Source of the DNA: Eledone cirrhosa
Taxonomy: Eukaryota
Direction: 5' to 3'
DNA: 64,000 nucleotides
NCBI GenBank assembly: GCA_964016885.1
Contig: OZ024743.1
Span: forward strand, 220,100,001 to 220,164,000
In this document: positions 11,924 through 25,600 of the stretch, in pieces
Layout: each line of letters starts with the position of its first letter
Numbering within the stretch: position 1 is the first letter of the stretch
Notes under the pieces: model-generated
What the model saw: the letters and a program-made list of their open reading frames with translations, nothing else
Database searches by the model: none
What the model was told of the DNA's origin: nothing
Made by a program: the position numbers and the translations under genes

Positions 11924-12239
11924 TACGAGGGTCGGCTGAAAAGTTCATAGGCTGACTAGAAATGATGCTAGAGCTGTGAAATCTTGCATGTATTAATTTA
12001 AATGTTAACGCGCCGAGGTTAACTTTGCCTTTCATCCTTTCGGGTCCATAAAATAAAGTACCTGTAGTGCACTGGGTAATTGATTGTCTTGTGTCAAAAG
12101 TAGAAACAATCAATTTCAACTTTTCTTATTAATAATTGCATTGATTCTTTCCAGGGACAATGTTGACAAATAAACCTCATTTGGTCATTTCTTGAGAGTA
12201 TCTTGGTCAGCATACAAAATTTTAAGCCGACCACTCGTA
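11924..12239. mobile_element. Mariner-type MITE interrupted by a SINE fragment (~12008-12110)
   Basis: TA-CGAGGGTCGGCTGAAAAGTTCATAGGCTGAC ... GCCGACCACTCG-TA; a related copy without the insertion is at ~57800-57995. Confidence 0.75.
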
Positions 12240-12502
12240 GACCGTTAATTTAAGATTAAAAATGATTTTACTTATTCTTACACCACTTCAGAAAGGAAAT
12301 TTGTTTCTTTAAATAACAGGATAATTTAATTAGCCAGAAATTAATAATTAAACTTAACCCTGTCGCTTTTATAATTACAGAATTCCGTCTTTCTTCTCTT
12401 CTCTTTTCCTCTGCTCTCTTACCTCTCTTACTTTCCTTATATACCTATTCTCCTTAACACATTTCCCTATTCAGTCGTGCATTTTTTTTAATATTATGTA
12501 TG

Positions 12503-14253
<1,751 letters not shown>

Positions 14254-14315
14254 TATGTATGTATGCGCGGGAACATAGAAATAATCGGGCTAGATACCCG
14301 ATCGCAAGATTAAAC

Positions 14316-14658
14316 CACTGGGAGTGAAGGACACCTCGCCTTTGTCAGGGCATTCTTCTAGAAGGCAACTCAGGAAATTGGGATAACTCCGACATAAAAC
14401 CTGCGGCTCGGTAGTTACCGATAATGTTGATTTTTTCTTCTTTTCGGGTTATAGCTACTGTCGGTCAGAGAGTGGGATTGGCTCAGTGCACAGTCTTTCC
14501 TCACTTTAAATAAAATCCTCACGCACAGGCATTGTACAATAGCATTAATTCATAATTATTAATAATGTTATATCGTGAAATGGCCATACTCGATAACGAG
14601 GAGATAGCCATCATGTATGTATTTATTTATGTATGTATGTATCTATGCATGTATGTAC

Positions 14659-14660
<2 letters not shown>
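14316..14660 (+). mobile_element. RTE-derived non-autonomous element (3' part) ending in (TATG)n
   Basis: ...GCACAGGCATTG...TGGCCATACTCGATAACGAG...AGCCATCATGTATGT shared with the copies at 27665, 58345 and 61838. Confidence 0.7.
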
Positions 14661-14728
<68 letters not shown>

Positions 14729-14757
14729 ACGTATATATATACATATATATATGTACG

Positions 14758-14799
<42 letters not shown>

Positions 14800-15057
14800 A
14801 AAGGTGATATTGGAAATAGCACGGAAAATATATTTAAGGGTCTGTTTTTCTTCTTTTTCCTTTCTTTGATTCGTCAAAGTGACATTATTGAAAATATGAG
14901 AGGGACAATTCTTTTAAAAAAGAGTTTTATAAAGTATATAAAGTATGAAAATATGTTGCTTTGAAGTAGCAGAGCAATGCCCATATGTGTTAGAAAGATC
15001 ACATGATCTCTTCCGTCCTTGCCAAGGGGAGTGCTAACCGTCTCTCTTTTTTTGCAA

Positions 15058-15101
<44 letters not shown>

Positions 15102-15202
15102 CGAAGGAATTGTGGTAAGGAACCAGATGGACCATAACGCACCAGAGTACTCAATACTAGAGTGGACAATAGTAGAGTGGGTAATAGGAAAATTGGGGTC
15201 AT

Positions 15203-15279
<77 letters not shown>

Positions 15280-15743
15280 ATGTATATGTAGATAAATTTA
15301 CGAAATCACATTACCACGAGGTGCTTCGCGCATCCATGTCAACATCATGTCACACACCATCTTAGTCAATACTAACTGGAATGAATCCAGTAACAGAGTG
15401 CTTCCTTTACATAATTAGTGGTGTAGTAACAATATTGAACAAAATAATTAGGGTTATCAACAAAAACTAATATGAATAATACACGATCACGTAATAAAAA
15501 TATCAAAGTTATTGATATATCCGACAAATTAATTATGGTCACCAAACAAAATTAATTTAACTACCATCAAATAATCAATACTCGAATCATTCAATAGAAA
15601 TATAAAAAAAAATACATATGTATAGCCAAACCAGCGCCAGTTTCACCAAAAGCCAAACTACTGGCAACAGTTACGTAAATAAGTGCATATTCCAGCAGTC
15701 AGTTGCATCATCAACCCGGAGTCCACATAAGATCTTCAGTGGC

Positions 15744-15774
<31 letters not shown>

Positions 15775-15817
15775 TGACGAAACATAAGTCAATTGCATGA
15801 ACTCATAATCCTTTATT

Positions 15818-15877
15818 TACTGCTATATAAATTTCGATGATAGCCATTGAATGGCTATGACCTCATCAGGCGGTTAG
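15818..15877 (-). ncRNA. Type-I hammerhead ribozyme motif
   Basis: uaac(c/u)gc CUGAUGA gguc auagccau uca auggcuau cauc GAAA uuuaua UA gcagua, followed by AATAAA. Confidence 0.7.
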
Positions 15878-16006
15878 TCAGTTCTTAGATATGCCAGCTC
15901 TGTGTTTATGGTTTTGATGGTATCAGAGCCTTGATACCATCAAAACCATAAACACAGAGCTGGCATATCTAAGAACTGACTAACTGCCTGATGAGGTCAT
16001 AGCCAT
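15851..16006. repeat. Near-perfect hairpin (75-bp arms, 6-nt loop, 1 mismatch)
   Basis: ATGGCTATGACCTCATCAGG...TGGTATCA gagcct TGATACCA...CCTGATGAGGTCATAGCCAT. Confidence 0.95.
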
Positions 16007-16890
16007 GAGGCGTGAAATGTTCCATGTTGCGAGGCAGTATGCTAAACAAAATCGAGATGTGGCTAGGAAAATATGCGTTCGAAATCGTAGTGGAGCACTT
16101 GCCCTGTCCGACGCAGAGAAGAAAGAGGCAAAGAAGACCTTCTACGAGAGACTGTTGAACGCAGAGAATAAAAGGCAGAGAGAGGGCCTACACCATATAG
16201 ACCCAACTAGTTAACCAGACATAAACAAATTGTGTGATAAACAAATGTGATAAACAAATTGATTAGGGGTGCGAGGGGATAGAAGGCAGTTGGACCATCC
16301 GGTAGAGTTGCCATGACGTTAAACACATGGTTATTTACGAGCTAGTCAGATACATAATTAATTAAGTAGTACACGATGGCGTTATAACCAATGACTGGCG
16401 CAGCAGTATCATTGTAAATTGCTACAGGGGCACACCAGAGAGCAGTAACTACAAAGGCATCAAGTTGATGGACCAGCTTATGAAAGTTACTGAAATGGTC
16501 ATAGCAGAAATAATCAGGGATAGAATCCAGCTAGATGAGATGCAATTCAGCGTTATACCACTGTATCTGGCATTTGTAGATTCTTGAAAGATCTTCGATA
16601 GAGTACCCCAATGTGTAATCTAGTGGGCTATAAGGAGGCATGGTATAAACGAATGGCTTGTGATGACCATACAAACCACACATAGAGATGCATCCAGCGT
16701 GTTGAAGGTTGGCAAAGAGTAATGATGAATTTAAAGTGTAAGTATCAATCCATCAAGGCTCAAGCCTCAGATCACTTCTGTTTATCATTGTCCATTAGGC
16801 CGTAACAGAGATACGGAAGATTGGCATTCCATTGGAACTCCAGTTCTTATAGCTAAATTTGTGGGAGAGCTAAGGACAACATTCCATCAT
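16005..16890 (+). mobile_element. Degraded RTE-group LINE fragment (linker + RT)
   Basis: MFHVARQYAKQNRDV...YERLLNAE; SNYKGIKLMDQLMKV; LYLAFVD..K.FDRVP; IHQGSSL; many disablements. Confidence 0.75.
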
Positions 16891-17056
16891 AATAATAATA
16901 ATACTGAAACGAGGTAATCGAGTATGACCAATGTACTTTCGATCGTTTTCCCACCCACTCAATGCTTTAATTAAGCCAATGTAATTAAGATACCAACCTA
17001 AAGGAAAGCAGAGTGCACACTAATACGTTAAATAGTGAGAAAAACGATTTCGTACA

Positions 17057-17150
<94 letters not shown>

Positions 17151-17152
<2 letters not shown>

Positions 17153-17333
17153 TCTGCAAAATCCTACTTCAGTGCCTCAAAAGTGGCGCAGGGGGGACCC
17201 TGGCTGTCTGATAGCTATGGTAGCGGGACTCAATGTCCTGGCAGGTTTTACCATGCTACACAGGTATCAGACTATTGGTCCTAGAGATGGTTAATCATCT
17301 TCTAGAGTTCAAAAGCTAGCTAAACTGAAGAGG
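17151..17333 (+). ncRNA. HDV-like ribozyme fold at the 5' end of the RTE element (partly mutated)
   Basis: P1 CATCTGC/GCAGGGG, P2 CCTACTTCAGT(17163-73)/ACTGAAGAGG(17324-33), P3 GCC/GGC, L3 TCAAAAGT, GG junction, long P4 containing hairpins, J4/2 GCTAA with C17320. Confidence 0.7.
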
Positions 17334-20275
17334 TACTGGCCTGCCCGCCCAACCAGTGGGCTGGCGTCATCTTATGGTTAAAACAGCACGAAGAAAAGGG
17401 CCTCAGTACTCTGCGCGTCAATCGGGCTACTCCACGACGGCGGAGTGCAACCCGAGCGACGAGAGGTTGCTAAGAATCACATGTTCCCGAAGGCCGCCAA
17501 GGAACAGGACTAACCTTGCCATATGCACCTACAACTGCAGGTCTTTGGCAGGGGGGCAAGGACTGAACCACCTAATGGAGGAGAAGAAGAAGATCAGGTG
17601 CGACGTGTTAGGGCTGTGCGAAACCCGCCAGAAGAAAGAGGCGAGTTCGCGATGGCAAGATTGATGCGCCTTGAGACTCGGGAAAGCAGAGGGTGCCAGA
17701 TCGGTCGGAGGTATAGGGTTCATCGTAAGCAAGGAATGGGCTTCGAAGGTCGCTTCTTGCCAGTTCATATCGTCACGGATTGGTGTACTGAACGTGAACC
17801 TCTCAGGGAAAGCCACCCTCAAGATCGTCCAGACCTACGCTCCCACAAGTGCCAGCGACGACGATGAGGTGGAAGAATTCTATCGCCAGCTAGACAAAGT
17901 GCTAGCTGTGAATTCCACTTACATCGTCGTGATGGGAGACTTCAACGCAAAGGTCGGACAGGGATGGCAAGGGGAAGAATATGTCGGAAGATTCGGCCTA
18001 GGAGAGCGAAATGTGAGAGGAGAGCGTCTGGTCACCATGGCGGAGGCGAGACGGCTCTACATCGGAAACAGCCTATTCAGGAAGAAGAAGGAGAAGAGAT
18101 GGACCTGGGTATCGCCAAATTCTGAGCACCGAAACGAGATTGACTACATATTAGTCGACAAGCGACGCATACTACAGGACGTCTCCGTCATAACGCCATT
18201 CATCACTGGCAGTGATCATCGTCTAGTGAGGGCGAGAGTCGTCATCGACCGGACGATGGAGAAGAAGACGCTGCATTTGGCGTCGAAGGGAGAACGCGTC
18301 CGGGTCTTCAACGAGGCGCAGCTGCAGCAAGTCATTATGCAGGAAAAGTGGCGTCAAGGAGACGGCATAGACGCTGACTACGACTCACTGATAGAGAAAC
18401 TGAAGGAGTGCTTGAGGAAGGCTAAGGGTGTGTGCCCGAGGGAGCGGAAGGGAAGCGTCTCGTAGGAAACTATGAAGTTGCTTAAGAAGAGGAAGAATAG
18501 GAAGTGGACACCTGAAGATCACCTCGAATATTCCCTTCTCAGCAGAGTGATACGTCAACAACTGAAGAGAGACTTCGAGGCATACCGGATGGAGAAGCTC
18601 CTGAAGGCCGCAAAGGGAAAGAAGAGCCTCAAGAAATGCGAAAGGGACATGACAATGTACAGGTCGGAGGTGACGACCCTGAAAAGCACAGCTGGAGTAC
18701 CGGTCAGCGACAAGAGTGAGGTGGAAAAGGTTTGCGAAGACTTCTACACCAAGCTCTTCAAGTCTGCCGGGAATGTGCAGCCGTTGCCGTCACTCCAACA
18801 GGAAGAAAATGTGCCACCCATCCTTGTCGGTGAGGTCGAAAGAGCTGTCGGCTTGATTAAAAGCGGAAAGGCGCCAGGGAAAGACGTATTGAAAGGGGTA
18901 TTGAAGTCAGGCGGAGAGGAGCTCTGGAAAATCCTCGCCGAGCGATTCACACACTATCTGGACGAGGGAAGAATACCCTCACAGTGGAAAGAGTCGAATA
19001 CCATCCTACTATACAAGAAGGGCGATAGAGAAGATCTAAAGAACTACCGACCCATATGCCTGCTGTCTCACGTGTACAATCTATTCACAAAGATAATCCT
19101 GAACAGGTTATTACGTCATCTGGACGAACAGCAACCGAGAGAGCAAGCCGGCTCCCGGAAAAACTACAGCACGATGAACCACATATTTTCTCTGACACAA
19201 CTGCTTGAGCGAGCGAAAGAGTACAAGATGCCTCTTTGCGTTGCGTTCGTAGACTACGAGAAGGCCTTTGACAGCGTCGAAATCAACGCAGTGCTGAATT
19301 CGCTGCAGAGGTAAGGATTCGAGGCGCAATACGTTCAACTGCTCAGGGAGGCGAGTTCCGGATGCACCACCGACATAACTCTGCTGTCATCACCCGTACG
19401 AGTGCCGGTCGAGAAGGGAGTGAAGCAAGGAGATACGATCTCTTCAAAACTTTTCACCGCGTGTCTCGAGCAGATCATCAGAGGCATTGACTGGCAAGGC
19501 GGTGTCAACATCAACGGCGAGATACTTGCCCACCTCTGTTTCGCTGATGACATCGTACTCATGGCTGAAACCACGGATCAGCTTCAGACCATGCCGACGG
19601 AGCTCGACATCAAAAGCTCTGCAGTAGGCTTCAAGATGAACCACATGAAAACGAAGTTCATGCGGTCCGACAACGTACCAACAGGTCGAATGGTGGTAGG
19701 CGGTGATGACATAGAGGACGAGGAGGAATACGTCTACCTGGGACAAGAAGTGAAAATGCGCCGAGACATTGAGAGGGAGATCTCGCAGAGAGTAAGGGCC
19801 GGATGGAAGGTGTTAAACGGCATAAGGGATGTGCGCAAGGGGAGGTTGGACAAGATCACCCGCGCCAACCTCTTCAATAGTATAGTTTTACCTGCAATGT
19901 TATTTGGCAGTGAAACTTGGGCTACAACGAAGAGAGAAGAGAAGAGGCTGGTAACGCCTCAAAGAGCCATGGAGAGATCAATGCTAGGAATCTCGTTGAG
20001 AGAGCACATCAGGAGCGAAGTCATCAGATAGAAGTCCGGCGTGAGGGACGTCATCACGGAATATATGTGCAGCAAGTTCAGATGGGCTGGACACGTCGTC
20101 CGGTTCATCGATAATCGGTGGACCCGCGCAGTTGCCGAGTGGTACCCGCGCGAGCGGAAACGACCACTCGGAAGGCCTCCACGAGGGTGGAGTTACGATT
20201 TTAAGAATACAATTGGGAATACATGGATGAGGAAAGCACGATCCAGAGAGGAATGGACGGCGTGCTGAGGCAATT
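17151..20275 (+). mobile_element. Near full-length RTE-clade LINE (APE endonuclease + RT)
   Basis: TYNCRSL, LGLCET, YAPT, MGDFNAKVG, EIDYI, SDHRLV; NYRPICLL, DYEKAFDSV, GVKQGD, FADD; C-terminal WAGHV..RW..W.P...RPLGRP..W. Five ORF pieces all in one frame, separated by four stops (17662, 18463, 19312, 20029). Confidence 0.95.
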
Positions 20276-21339
20276 TCGGCTTGTAAACACAAATTTCATA
20301 AAACTTTCCTGTATTACAGCCCCACATTATACCCTAACGGATAGTACGAACAATACGCGGATAATTTACGTCTTGATGTGGTAGCTAAGTATATTTTATG
20401 TTTATACCACTATTTATTTGTATAGATAAGTAGGTAAGTATATCTTACCCGTATGTTTTGTGAAGGTACGTATACTTTCTCGTACGTATATATGCTTGTA
20501 TTTATTATAGGTGTATATATTATATTATATATACCGTTATATGTGTATATGGTTATGTGTATATGTGTATCTGGTGTTTGTGTGTGTATGCGTGTATGCG
20601 TGTTTAAACGTATGTAAGGTGTGTATATGTGTACATTGTGTTTTGGTTGGCATGCGTTTGGTGAGCATATGTGTATTTACCTGTAGGTATGTGTGCGTGC
20701 GTTATATACGTATTTATGTGTGTATATTTATATACATTTATATAATTATATGTACATACGCACACATATATATTTTTTATGTGTATTTGGTGTATACGTT
20801 CGTATGTGTGCGGGTACATGTGTTGCGCGGGTTTATGTATGTGTGCGCGTGTTTATGTGTATGCACCTGTATGTACGTATATAGATGCGTGTATGTATAT
20901 ATTTAATTATTATTACTTTTATGATTTTGATAATCTCTGTCATTTTCGTTCTACTAATTTATTTACATTATTCATAACTCTGAAGCCGAGAATCGTTCGG
21001 TTTCCTAAATAGAATATTAGTCTACGACTCCATTTATACCATAAACGTGGTTTTGTCTTTGCGTGTAATTGTTCTCGTCGGTCCACATAACGACGTATTA
21101 CCTTCGCTTTTTTTCTGGATTAAAGATGAAATTTGATTAACTTTGGTTTCTCGTTTTATATGAACTATCGATAGTCTACCACTTACCATGTCTTTCGAGT
21201 ATACCTTTGACACCTTACCAAAATAAGACTGGATTATTCCAATCTCATCATATATATATATATGATGAGATATATATTCCAATCTCATCATATATATATA
21301 TATATATATATATATCTGATGAGATATATATATATATGA

Positions 21340-21399
<60 letters not shown>

Positions 21400-21410
21400 T
21401 TAATATAGAT

Positions 21411-21463
21411 GAGATTCTACAGGACTAGAACTGTTTCATTCTTTAGAAATCATCAGGAATCTC
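21411..21463 (-). ncRNA. Canonical type-I hammerhead ribozyme
   Basis: gagauuc CUGAUGA uuucu aa agaau GAAA cag uucuaguc cug UA gaaucuc (7-bp stem I). The 3' half is repeated at 33481-33503. Confidence 0.85.
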
Positions 21464-21559
21464 TTGATGATTTCCTTATATTAAAACTTTTATACTCTGC
21501 AATGTATTGAGTACCTTACTTACTGTGGTTACCTCCGATTCAACCCGGAATAACGTACG

Positions 21560-21590
<31 letters not shown>

Positions 21591-21591
<1 letters not shown>

Positions 21592-21715
21592 AAGGCGTGT
21601 GGCTGAGTGGTTAGGGAATTGGATTCGCAATCGTAAGGTTGTGAGTTCGATTCCTGGACCAGGCGATGCGTTATGTCCTTGAGCAAGACACTTTATTTCT
21701 CGTTGCTCCTTCTAC
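21591..21715 (+). mobile_element. tRNA-derived SINE, family B (related copies ~41700-41800, 51340-51440, 54273-54345, 57643-57740)
   Basis: A-box GGCTGAGTGGTTAG, B-box GAGTTCGATTCC, then TGTCCTTGAGCAAGACACT. Confidence 0.8.
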
Positions 21716-21827
21716 CTGGAGTTGCGACCGATAGATAGTATTAGCAATTGGAAAGACCAACGGAAACATTGTTCCCTCGGTCCGATTTGACGAAAGTCGA
21801 TCGTCTTCAAAAAAAAAAAAAAAATAA

Positions 21828-21866
<39 letters not shown>

Positions 21867-21923
21867 TATATACATCCAATTCCAACCCACCCGTCCCTTC
21901 AACCTATCTTATTTTTCATTCTT

Positions 21924-21964
21924 TCTTCTGATGAAGGAAGGACTAGCGGTCCGAAACGTTAAGA
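21924..21964 (+). ncRNA. Minimal type-I hammerhead motif
   Basis: ucuu CUGAUGA agga a ggac uagcg gucc GAAA cg UU aaga. Confidence 0.7.
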
Positions 21965-22070
21965 CCCTCTTCCTGCTATTTTAAGCGTTAACCTAATATA
22001 TTCCTTCCATATACTGTACCGATTGTGTTGTTATTTTGTTTACCCTTTACACACACACACACACACACAT

Positions 22071-22175
<105 letters not shown>

Positions 22176-22551
22176 TGATTTGTAGTGATATACATATATA
22201 ATATAATATATATACAGCCCCCTTTTATGTATACACAAACAAACATACACACAGACACACACACACACACGCACCGCCCCACACATATATATACCAACAA
22301 ACAAAGGGGGTTTGTATAAAAGTAAAATACAGGGTGGTGTACAAATTGACGTTCACGTAAAACAATAAGGGACGAAAGTTAAAAAAAAACTTGGAACAGT
22401 TATAATGTAGAGATGGGCGATAATAATCGATATTTAATCGATATACAACGGTGTTAACTTTCATGGTCTAATGAATATGTCGATATGATAGAAGGTCGAT
22501 AATTTCTGATTAACTCTCATCCCTCAGTGTTTACATACCAACGCGCACGCG

Positions 22552-22644
<93 letters not shown>

Positions 22645-22694
22645 GTGTGCGTTTGTGTGCATGAATTTATGTTTATGGATAGAGATACAAATAT

Positions 22695-25600
22695 ATACCC
22701 AGGTTCACCCTTAAAGACCATAAGGCTGACTTCATTAGTAAACCCTCTGTTAGATTAATTAGCCCATCGAAGTCAGATATAGGGATTATCAGTAAGAAAA
22801 TTTTAGACGGCGTTATACCTACCATCAGGAGGAAAATAAATCTAGAGCTATGTGAGAATACGGAAGAGGTTTTGAAATGGTTCTCAAGCCATAGCAACCA
22901 TAAATCCCTTAAATTTATACAATTCGACATCGATGCGTACTACACCTCAGTCTCCCCCATACTCCTTAATAAGGCCCTAATCATGGCCATGCAGAAAAGT
23001 GACCTCACTAGGTCTCAAATTGATGTCATTCTTGCGGCCCAGAAAACGATAATCACATTTGAGGACGAATTGTGGACCCGCAATAACTTCGACATCACAA
23101 TGGGATCTAGTGACTCTTCACAAGTAACGGACCTGGTAGGATTGTACCTCTTAAAGGAGTTACATGAGACATTACCGCACTTGAAAGGCGGCTTATATCG
23201 TGATGACGCCCTCCTCACTCTCGAGTATAAAAAGTGCAATATAGAAAGAACTAGGAAACAGTTACGTAGGTTCTTTAAAAGCTTTAATCTAAGTATTACC
23301 ATAGATGCAAATGACAAAGCAGTAAACTTCCTAGACGCCACCTTGACCTAGAAACTAAAGCATTTGCACCCTACCATAAACCTAATGATAAACTAACATA
23401 TGTAAACGCCAGCTCCAACCACCCCAAATCAGTCCTAAACGCTATTCCCAGGGGGGTCTCTAATTGAATTAGCAGACTGTCCTGTAATGAGAGTATCTTC
23501 AACTCCAATGCAGAGTATTATGACAAGGCCCTAGCAGAATCTGGTTACGGGAATAGATTATCATATATGCATAAGGACTCCCAAACCATGAGTGTGAAAC
23601 CTACCAACATAATCACACATAGTATGGCCACAAAGCCTAACCAACTTAGAGGCAAGAATAATAGTAAGAACCCTAATGGCGGTAACCCAGCTAAATGTAA
23701 ACCACGTAGAGACAATACTAGAGTCCCTCACCACAACTCTAAAACAGCAAATGATCATGCCATGAATATAAACCATCGGGCTTAAGCAAAACAGACAACG
23801 CCACTAACGTTAATAACGGTACCCTACAAAATAGTACGCACATTAACGAGACTCACCCCATAGATAAGAAAAATAGAAGAAGGAAAAACATGTATTTTAA
23901 CCCACCTTTTAACTCTGAGGTCCTCACTAACCTCCCCAGAGTATTCTTCTCATTATTAGAAAAAAACTTCCCACCAGGCAATAGATATCGCAACATAATT
24001 AACAAAAACGTGATTAAATTCTCCTATTCGACCACACCTAACCTCGCATCACACCTAGCACGCACAAACATTAGGAAAACTAGGGAAGGTTTCGAAGCAA
24101 TTAAAATGGCAGTTAACCACCAGCAACCGACTACACTGGAAAATGGGCAACATAATAGCATCACTGAGCCATCTAATAATATAGAGGCACCTAGTGATAA
24201 TGCTAGTAACCAAAGTTCGGGAGGTACGCTAACTGATCGAACCCGCAGTTGCAATTGTAGGCGGAGTAGTAATTGTCCCCTAAGGGGGGATTGCCTCATG
24301 AAAAACATCGTATATGCATGTGACGTAACCACACACAACTCTACCAAAACATATATAGGATCAACGTCCAATACATTTAAAACTAGATTTAACGCGCATA
24401 TGTACACATTCAGACACGATAGACATAAGAATGCCACCTCACTGGCGGGATACATCTCCCTTTTAAAAAATAATAGTACCCCATACAAACTTTTTTGGAG
24501 GAAGCTTACTAGATCCACGCCATACCGACCGCAGAGCGGGAGTTGTGACCTGTGTTTACTGGAATGCCATGCCATAATACACTCTAAACTGAACCTGCTT
24601 AACAAGAAATCGGATATTTTCTCCTCTTGCCAACACAAAATCCTGAGTTCCTTCTTCTATTTTAAACCTAGCACATAGACGTAACATATATTACGCAACC
24701 CCACCTAAACATACCCCTCCTTGACTATAGCTTCCCCCAACCCATAATCCAAATAGATAGGTAGCCTAAGGGTGGAACAGTCCTCTACAAGGTTGGTGTT
24801 TATGTGTGTGTATGTGTGTGTGTGTGTGTGTGTATTCTCCTTTTCTCTCTCACACACACACATAAACATATGTATATATGTGTGCGTACGTGTGTGCATG
24901 CATGCATGTGTGCGTGTATTGTATACATGTGTATTGTATATATATATATGTATATTGTATACATGTGTATTATATTGTGTGTATGTGTATATGTGATATG
25001 TATGTGTATATATATATGTATGTGTATATGTGTATAAGTGTGTGTGTGATATGTATATATGTGTGTATGTATGTATATTTTTTCTGTAGAAGTCTTCTCT
25101 ATATGTGGTGTTTGGCATGAATTCCTCCTATAATACTCTTCCTTGAGAGGAGCACGATATGTAGAGTAACACATATGTATTGTCGCAGTTGAAACTGAGA
25201 ACCACCACCCCTCCCGCTGACCCAAATGTTTATTGAGGACCAGAACACCATTCTCCACAATATAAGAGAGGAATGCGCTTGCCGGACTATTGATGACCAT
25301 AACATCACATTCCAAGGTAATGGCAAAACACAGTGAATGCTAAACACGACCAGAACACCACAACATGCACATCGGAGCAACAGAGATATAATATCAATAA
25401 GCGAATCAATTGAATTTTTTGAGTTGAAATACATATAAATATGTGTCTGTGTGTATCGGACACACGTACACACAAGGAGACTGCTGACCTAAATGTACCT
25501 GTCATGCCTGTCTGAAATCCTAAGAGAATTTTCGGTCAGTTACTATCTTGACCGTTTACCCTCACAATTACTACGTAGCGGTTCTTGCACGTGACTGCTA

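Noticed and set aside
15623-15745. Possible minus-strand hammerhead with ~85-nt stem II insertion
   Set aside because: Core halves and a 4-bp stem I exist, but stem II pairing is unconvincing; left uncalled.
21591-21665. tRNA gene (also ~45391, 54273, 12960-13030)
   Set aside because: A/B boxes are present but no clean cloverleaf; followed by SINE body sequence and multi-copy.
23465-23467. In-frame TGA in the Naiad ORF as possible selenocysteine (some Naiads encode Sec)
   Set aside because: It falls at the Arg position of the R-I/L-S motif (CGA>TGA CpG decay), not a Cys site. The copy also has frameshifts, and I could not see a SECIS.
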